From the NCBI GenBank assembly GCA_020137815.1, contig CM035359.1:5642001-5706000 (forward strand): a DNA stretch of 64,000 nt, in the 5' to 3' direction. Position 1 is the first letter of the stretch; each line of letters starts with the position of its first letter. This DNA comes from Hormiphora californensis (taxonomy: Eukaryota; Animalia; Ctenophora). Of the stretch, positions 57,201-64,000 are shown piece after piece. Below the pieces are notes generated by a model, which saw only the letters and a program-made list of their open reading frames with translations, was not told the origin of the DNA and searched no databases. The translations under genes were made by a program, and so were the position numbers.

Positions 57201-60200
57201 TGCCATGATTTCATCATATTTTGTGTTTTATCAAACTTCAAACCCAGCAAAAGCTGACAAATTACTTACCTAAGAGGACAATGAACCGGAACCAGCAGCA
57301 CTTGAGATTGGGATCGTGCATCATTGAAATTATCTGAATAATTGATTTCTGTGTAACCATTAGTAACCACGCGTGGTAACCCTTAGTAACCACTAGTAAC
57401 CATGTGTGGTAACCCTTAGTAACCACTAGTAACCATGTGTGGTAACCCTTAGTAACCACTAACCACTAGTAACCATGTGTGGTAATCCTTAGTAACCACT
57501 AGCGGCACTAGCAACCATGCGTGTCGTAACCCTTAGTCACCAGTAACTACTATCACTGATGCAGAACAATCGGTAACAAAACATCAAGTGGTTACCATGG
57601 TTACATAACGGGCACATCAATTGGTTACCATGGTTACATTACGGACACATCAAGTGGTTACCAATTACAATGGTTACATAACGGGCACATCAAGTGGTTA
57701 CCATGGTTACATAACGGGCACATCAGGTGGTTATCATGGTTACATAACAGACACTTCAAATGGTTACCATGGTTACATAACGGACACATCAAGTGGTTAC
57801 CATGGTTACATAGCGGATACATCAATTGGTTACCATGGTTACATAACGAATGCATAAAGTGGTTACCATGGTTACATAACGGAAACATCAGGTGGTTACC
57901 ATGGTTACATAACGGACACTTCACGGGTGCTAGCTTACCGATGGTAGTTTCATATGATCATGCATGGCCTGAGTGTTCCTCGCTACTGCCCCACAGAACT
58001 GGTTACCGTACATGCGTTCCAGCTGCTGTACCGTTAGAGTCTCACATATCGCCTGAAATTAGGGGGTTATCTGCATGACATTTGCAATTTGATAACTGGC
58101 ATTTTCTTTATTTCACTAATTTACTTTGTTACTTTTGTTTTTAGCGGATCAAATTTATCCCAGTACGTATTCAAAATGTATCTTCCAGTCTAAAAATTAC
58201 CTTCCACTCCTTGCAGATAGTGTCAATGTGTATGATACCCCGGCACAGTAAACCAAACTCGACCCACAACGAAGATTCTGGAAAACTCCTGTTGTGTGGA
58301 AAGTGTATAGAGTATCAGCTGTTTTAAAAACATCTCAACACACAATCCTACACATTGTCTGCGTGCTTGTTAAACGATGTATACTGTATAGTTAATGTAT
58401 TGTAGGCATTGAAGCAAACTGCGAAACGAAACGAAACGAAACGAACGAAACGAAAAAGTTCATATTTGATAACTTACTCGTGTGATGCAATGATAAAAGC
58501 GTTGATAAGGAGCTGGATCGATTGTTCTGCTACTTTTGGGACATTGTTCGGGTCTATCGATGTGTAAAACCATCTGTCCACAGCATATAACAACATCTGT
58601 AAAGGATATTGTGCATGAACTGACATGAACTGACATGAACAAACATGAATGATATGAGTTATTTAACCGCTTTTACCCTTTCGAAATGTATTATACCTTA
58701 AGAATATTGGCCCAGATCCAGGGATGTGTTGTTCTACACGTGTTAATACCCTGCTCCTCCTCCATCGAATCCTCCTCTTTTGATAATCGATCAGAACTAC
58801 TACCAAGGGATTGCTGAAATTAAATTCCTATTAACCATGACATACAATTAATTGCTATGCTCAAAAGGATTCGCGTAATCACGACATATCAATTCAATTC
58901 TGGTAGAATTGACAGGATACAAGATACATTGTATACAGTAAGTATAGCTGCATGATAATGATCTATAATAGTCCAGGAGATAATTCATAGTTATAGCTGC
59001 ATGATTTATCTGGTCTGTACTTATGAACTATCTCTTTTCGGCTGAATTAGGATTATCACATTCAGACTGGATATTTTCTTCTTGTATACGATACCTAGAT
59101 ATCTCTTTCTCTTGAATACCATCTCGTTCTTTTGGATGTCTTTTATTTTTTATCTCACTTCATATTTTCCCATCTAGATCTAAGACGATAGCCTGCATAT
59201 AATAGTTACTCTAATTTTCTAATTTAGTTACCTTAATGTTGTGCGGGATATCGCCCACCTCTGCGACTTTGATAAGAATCTTCTGAAAGAGAGCCTCCAT
59301 CCTGCTTCCGTTCTTGTGGTCACATAGCTCGTGGGCTGCCGTGTTGAATGTCAGAGCAAGTGTCTAGAAAATAGAGTATGTATTCATTGTGTCTAACTCT
59401 CAAATAGGGCTGGTATCTAATATCTATATTTTAAATACCAGATTTGGCCATGAATAGACTGACTAGGGAAGTTTGGGGGATGTCTTACCCCTAAAATAAG
59501 CGAGAAAACTCTCTCCAGATGGTCGAATAACCACTCGGGTAGATATGAGTTACTGTTGAGGAAGAACTTGAACTGGCACTGCCTGATTTTCTCCAGCCAG
59601 AATGTCAGCATGGAAACGCACCGTTCAGTAGTTTCAATGTGATCAACATAACGAAGAAGCAGACCATCGTGGATAAAGTTTATACAGTTTTCAAACTGAA
59701 ATATTAGCACATGTAATCGGGATTTAGGATTGAAGGGGGATTCGATCGCGTTTGTCTTCTCCAATATTCCTACTAGCCGACCCCTCTGCCACTCTCTCAC
59801 CTCGGATATTGATCTAACGATCGACCAGAACTTCCCGTTTGTCGTGTAGAGAACATCATCGTCATCGTGACTATTGTACGGCCAATAATCCTTCAGCACG
59901 TTCTCTTTTACGATGGCAGATAACTTAACTATCTCCTTCCCTGGAGGGGGTGGGGTTATTGTTGGCAGATAACTTTACTATCTCCTTCCCTGGAGGGGGG
60001 GGGTTATTGTTGGCAGATAACTTAACTATCTCCTTCCCTGGAGGGAGGGAGATTATTGTTGGCAGATAACTTTACTATCTCCTTCCCTGGAGGGGGGGGG
60101 GTTATTGTTGGCAGATAACTTAACTATCTCCTTCCCTGGAGGGAGGGAGATTATTGTTGGCAGATAACTTTACTATCTCCTTCCCTGGAGGGAGGGAGGT

Positions 60201-62616
60201 TATTGTTGGCAGATAACTTAACTATCTCCTTCCCTGGAGGGAGGGAGATTATTGTTGGCAGATAACTTAACTATCTCCTTCCCTGGAGGGAGGGAGATTA
60301 TTGTTGGCAGATAACTTTACTATCTCCTTCCCTGGAGGGGGGGGGTTATTGTTGGCAGATAACTTAACTATCTCCTTCCCTGGAGGGAGGGAGATTATTG
60401 TTGGCAGATAACTTAACTATCTCCTTCCCTGGAGGGGGGGAGGTTATTGTTGGCAGATAACTTAACTATCTCCTTCCCTGGAGGGAGGGAGATTATTGTT
60501 GGCAGATAACTTTACTATCTCCTTCCCTGGAGGGAGGGAGGTTATTGTTGGCAGATAACTTTACTATCTCCTTCCCTGGAGGGAGGGAGGTTATAACTTT
60601 ACTATCTCCTTCCCTGGAGGGAGGGTGGGGGGTTACAGATCATTGTTAGAAATATTAAATCAGGTTTAGACCGGGTTAGACTTCATATTTTGATAAAGGG
60701 TTAGTTGAGAATTATCTAATTTGTAGGGTATACCGGGGTAATTCGGACGGTGGGGCAATGTGGTCACAGGACGGGGCAATGTGGACTAGTGATTTATATG
60801 GGACTTTTAAATTGTGGTGTTTAGTGTGAAATAACGAAAAATGACGACTTTAAAGTTAAACTTTAATTCGGTAATCTTAATTATGATAATTATTTAAATT
60901 ATGGGTCAGAATTTCACAATATGATATTTTTCTATCCAGTTTCATCATCAAAATGACATTAGCTTTCGATTTAATTAGCTAATTAGCATTTTAATGAAGC
61001 GGGGCAATTCGGACAATTTGGGGCAATTCGGACGAAAAAATCGGGGGCAATTCGGTCATAAACCAGATTGCCCCATGGGGCAATTTGGACTAGACCAAAT
61101 TACCCCATGGGGCAAATTGGTTAAGACAAATTGGCCTCATGGCGCCATTATACTCGTTTCTATGATAACCATAGACAACCTGCTTTCATAATTATCATAT
61201 TCAATCAATATAGATGGCTAAAACTGAGTAAATAGACCAAAAAACCAGAAAAAAGGCGCATTTTACAACCAATTCTCTGGTTGCCAAGGTGACAAGTCAA
61301 TCCATGGTGAGGTGTTCGACAAACCAACTTAATGGGGTGCTCCAGAATATCTAGGACTGGTGCTTTGATGACCAAAAGTAGTTTTATCGTGATAATCAAT
61401 CTTATGCAGCTGATAAAACTGAATAAAGGGATTAATTACAGGCTAACTTAGAGCAATGGGCATACATTTGATAACATTAACCAAAGCTACTTACTGGCTG
61501 GTAACTGAGGGCAGTCTGATGTCTCATTGTGACTCACAATCATATTTAAATAATCGATAGTCTAATAATACGGATGTAATGGGTGAATTTGGAGCAAGAA
61601 AATAGTACATTACTGCAAATTCGCCGGTTGCTATGGTAACAAACTCCGTTGCTATGGTAACCCCATGGAATTGCATTGAGTGGGAATGGGCCACTAACAT
61701 GATTTATTAGACTGGATCCCCATAATAGTAATTTCTGGCATTGTTAGCACCTGAAAACACAAACACCATTCCTTTGAAAACTGTAGCTTTATTTGTGGCT
61801 TTTTGATCTATGATGTCGATTTTCTCAAAAACCCTATTTGGGATTCGATTAAATCGTTTTCTAATCGACTAGGCTAATCCTGAGCTTTCGAAAATGCACC
61901 CTATTGATATAGATTTGATGAACACTTAATTAATTGGTTAATTAGGCTAATTACTACTTAATTGACTAATTTTGAAAAAAGTAATAGCACGGGATACTAA
62001 ATTACTAGATGACTGAAAAGTTTGAAATCGATATCTCAAAAACTGTGGCTACAATCTAAGTTTGTCCAAATAGCCCCAACCTCGGTCTGATTTACATCGT
62101 AGATGTACAGCTGGGGCAATGTGGTGTGTCGCGGTCACGTGATTGAATGCGCGTCTTGTGATTGGTGTAGAAGCCACTAGTCCAAATTGCCCCGTGTCTC
62201 GCGATCAAAAATATTCCGACTTACCTTCATTAACAAGGTTAATTAGCTATCTAAAAGTTATATTTTCGGTGTAAATTTGTTCTGAGGCTCTAGACAAAGG
62301 TTCAGTTGCACAAATTGAGTAGCTAACTAATTGATTAATTAAATAAATGGCTCTTGAAATACCAGTTGAATGTCAAAAGTGGTCCAAATTACCCCGGTAT
62401 ACCCTACTAAGTAGTAAGTACATTGCTCACTATATCTGTAGTTGTCTCTTTTCAGCACGTGAAGTGCACCCCAGAGGCTGTGAATGGTAACCTAGGTAAC
62501 CAAAGGGTAACCTAGGTAACCAAATTCACTGCACTGAATTGTTACTTACGAGTAGTGACAATCTGGTCATAACTTCGGGGATTCTCAAATTTTTCACAAT
62601 CTTCAAGGCGGCCCAT
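43946..62616 (-). CDS. RALGAPB: Ral GTPase-activating protein subunit beta, multi-exon
   Basis: Motifs PSGNS|VLRLVGDWLFD, GIRCMVNAML, HSEDLHTMIGAAFRCLNTW, ARMFLSHFGLL, YMRQGQTKAEEILRN, YFSDLYNEVAFLVP, IIFIHPLKNGLY, GLLDDG match RALGAPB as recalled; tentative first exon 62550-62616; frame slip near 44360-44450. Confidence 0.87.
46081..49320 (-). CDS. LINE ORF2 (APE endonuclease + reverse transcriptase), one frameshift near 47730
   Basis: IGTLNVHSL, VQETY, GGGIG, YRPP, MGDFN, THLRGGTLDL, SDH; RT domain in 46081-47703. Confidence 0.9.
49250..50536 (-). CDS. LINE ORF1 (gag-like, three zinc knuckles)
   Basis: CFHCQEFGH..C, CAFCAGDH..C, CVNC..H..C. Confidence 0.88.
   Translation of the reverse strand: MHTMSINDVTITSKDEFDRALKALTYNRCSGEHVLDRLRVGGDAPSFNKDNAWELLCAAYSLIPDNPRVRFDSGVSSVLDTSLVGSVADVLKESFESLKMELLAVVEQKVEDKVSELHGRKEEVVEDKGPVAPVRRYVDIRLDNCDAEGTAPVCPKTQWTEVVKPQVEKALKGVPVLNAVVNKGSVRLSFQNEDQLKEANNVLPPALGQEVQMVTETKSLLDPRISIGDLGQDLLDKETLISEITSGKNEEIKKLVDQGAKVKVVHMNPAGRFAVLQVTPEIRNLIAQRGDKVFLKLRQYSVRDRYHVVQCFHCQEFGHVAGSIRCTKKDGAAVCAFCAGDHETRSCGHKRRNDTGKMNCVNCQKSNGREDRRHARSHLASSTLCPFYINERTKLMEKTSGVKKEAKNGYRTRAMEELKRRRLGGLGH
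50718..52107. mobile_element. ~1.39 kb foldback element with TTAA target duplication
   Basis: TTAA|GGGTACGCTAACC...GGTTAGCGTACCC|TTAA; arms ~600 bp; loop ~51322-51505. Confidence 0.92.
52602..52710. mobile_element. 109-bp hAT-type MITE
   Basis: CAGGAACCGGCCGA...TCGGTCGGTTCCTG with perfect 8-bp TSD GTTCTTAG. Confidence 0.92.
56228..56598 (-). repeat. 42-bp minisatellite made of RALGAPB exon end plus 5' splice site, ~9 copies
   Basis: Unit GACAAAACATTCCACGCCCTTTTAACCATGACAACG|GTGAGT; first donor at 56562. Confidence 0.92.
57352..57925. repeat. Two adjacent ~33-bp minisatellites rich in GTAACC/GGTTAC
   Basis: GTAACCACTAGTAACCATGTGTGGTAACCCTTA (57352-57545) and ACATCAAGTGGTTACCATGGTTACATAACGGAC (57580-57925). 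Confidence 0.88.
59913..60635 (-). repeat. 49-bp minisatellite made of RALGAPB 3' splice site plus first ~27 nt of exon, ~14-15 copies
   Basis: Unit ACAATAATCTCCCTCCCTCCAG|GGAAGGAGATAGTTAAGTTATCTGCCA; true exon starts at 59940. Confidence 0.92.
60723..62407. mobile_element. ~1.7 kb non-autonomous TIR DNA element (pogo/Tc1-like)
   Basis: GTAGGGTATACCGGGGTAATT...AATTACCCCGGTATACCCTAC; subterminal GGGGCAAT(T/G)(C/T)GGAC repeats. Confidence 0.85.
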
Positions 62617-63110
62617 TTCCCTTGTGCCTTGGGTCCATGAATCTATTCAAAGATGTTGTGTTATGAATTTATTCAACGATATAAACTTACACAAATTGAG
62701 AAAGCTCAATTTAGCTAAGCACCAGCATGGTGACCCCACTTACTACGATATAGTTATGTTATTCAAATAAAAATCTTCAAAAGCAAGTGGCTCTATTGGT
62801 CGATAAACCGGTTATTGTAGTTTACTGATAAATAAACAAAAGTTTATTAATGTCAGAGACAAGTTATCTAGTAGTTTGGCGTAAATATGGTGTACTATAA
62901 TTTCGTATTCAAATTTACTTGATCTTTAGCAACAAGCAAATTGTCCAGGTGCTTGTCTAGGTCTGTTGCATTGTTCCATCTCGTGTGGCGGCCTTTTGAG
63001 CAAGTTCCATGCCCCGCATGAATATATGCAATCCTCTCCCTATATCTCTCTCTCCCTCTCTATACTATGCTTCCACAGAGTTTCTCTCTCTCTCTCTCTC
63101 TCTCTCACTC

Positions 63111-63164
<54 letters not shown>

Positions 63165-63186
63165 TCTCTTTCTCTCTCTCTCTCTC

Positions 63187-63266
<80 letters not shown>

Positions 63267-63371
63267 TCTCCCCACTTTTCCTACCTTAATCCTACTAACA
63301 CAAACACGTGCTCATTTTGGTTTCCGTTCGGGCATTGTACAAACTCTCACACCACCGGGCATGGTACAAAC

Positions 63372-63740
63372 TATAGAGTTTACATATATCACTGCGCTGG
63401 CAAGCGCAAAGGTGGCCCCATCCAACTCCCCGAAAAAATTCCCCCAAAAAACGGCCCGCTTGCTCACAGCGTATATATAGTTATTTCATACTTTTAGCCC
63501 ATTTTGACACTTTTTGACACGCCATAACTCCGGAACCGGATGAGCTAGGAAGCTGAAATTTTGTACTCAGAAGCTTCTTGTAGACATCTATCGATGGTAA
63601 AATTTTCAAGTGGCTAGCTCATTTTGTTCAAAAGTTATAACACCACCCCCAAAACAGAAAATTCAGTGTGGGGATAACTAGGTTGATACATACATAGATA
63701 GATAGATAGATAGATGTATAGACGCTTTATTACCTTCCGT
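63372..63740 (+). mobile_element. Possible Helitron/HINE-like non-autonomous repeat
   Basis: CACTGCGCTGGCAAGCGC hairpin (similar at ~28945), GCTGAAATTTTG core (also at ~29200), (GATA)n microsatellite near 3' end. Confidence 0.4.
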
Positions 63741-64000
63741 TTGGTCCCAGTTTGAGACGAACCAGACATCGTACGACCTTAAACTAAGCGGCATTCGACA
63801 GATAATTGTCTCGTGCATGTACCCATTTGGGTGGCGACTCTCAATCTTACCTATGACGCGCGCAATGACGTCACGAGTGACGTCATTGCGCGAGATCGAC
63901 TAACTTTTTTCAAACGCCTCTAGCACCCTGAAGACGTGTTCCGATTTCTGATTTGACGAAAAATCGTTACCGGCAAATTGTCTGAACTTTCAGTTACTAT

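Overview
Intron-rich animal genomic DNA, most likely a pleurobrachiid ctenophore (Pleurobrachia/Hormiphora-like). This is inferred from recalled MITE families, very compact gene spacing and nested genes; it was not verified by a search. Genes reconstructed by hand-splicing: phenylalanine hydroxylase (5' part, -), a secreted F5/8C/F-lectin-like protein (-), the 3' exons of cysteinyl-tRNA synthetase (+), an orphan secreted protein (+), a two-pore K+ channel (+), ACBD6 (-) with an intronless receptor-like gene nested antisense in one intron, and RALGAPB (-). A near full-length L2/CR1-group LINE, many MITEs and six unrelated 1-2.5 kb foldback (palindromic) elements are present. The most unusual signal is a recurrent class of tandem duplications whose unit straddles an exon-intron junction. 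These create arrays of 2-20 intact decoy splice sites at five separate junctions in three genes. Other notable signals: a candidate -1 ribosomal frameshift joining LINE ORF1 and ORF2, RFX X-box minisatellites, and an inverted-arm motif shared by unrelated transposons. Several single-base frameshifts and two noisy low-complexity blocks look like assembly errors.
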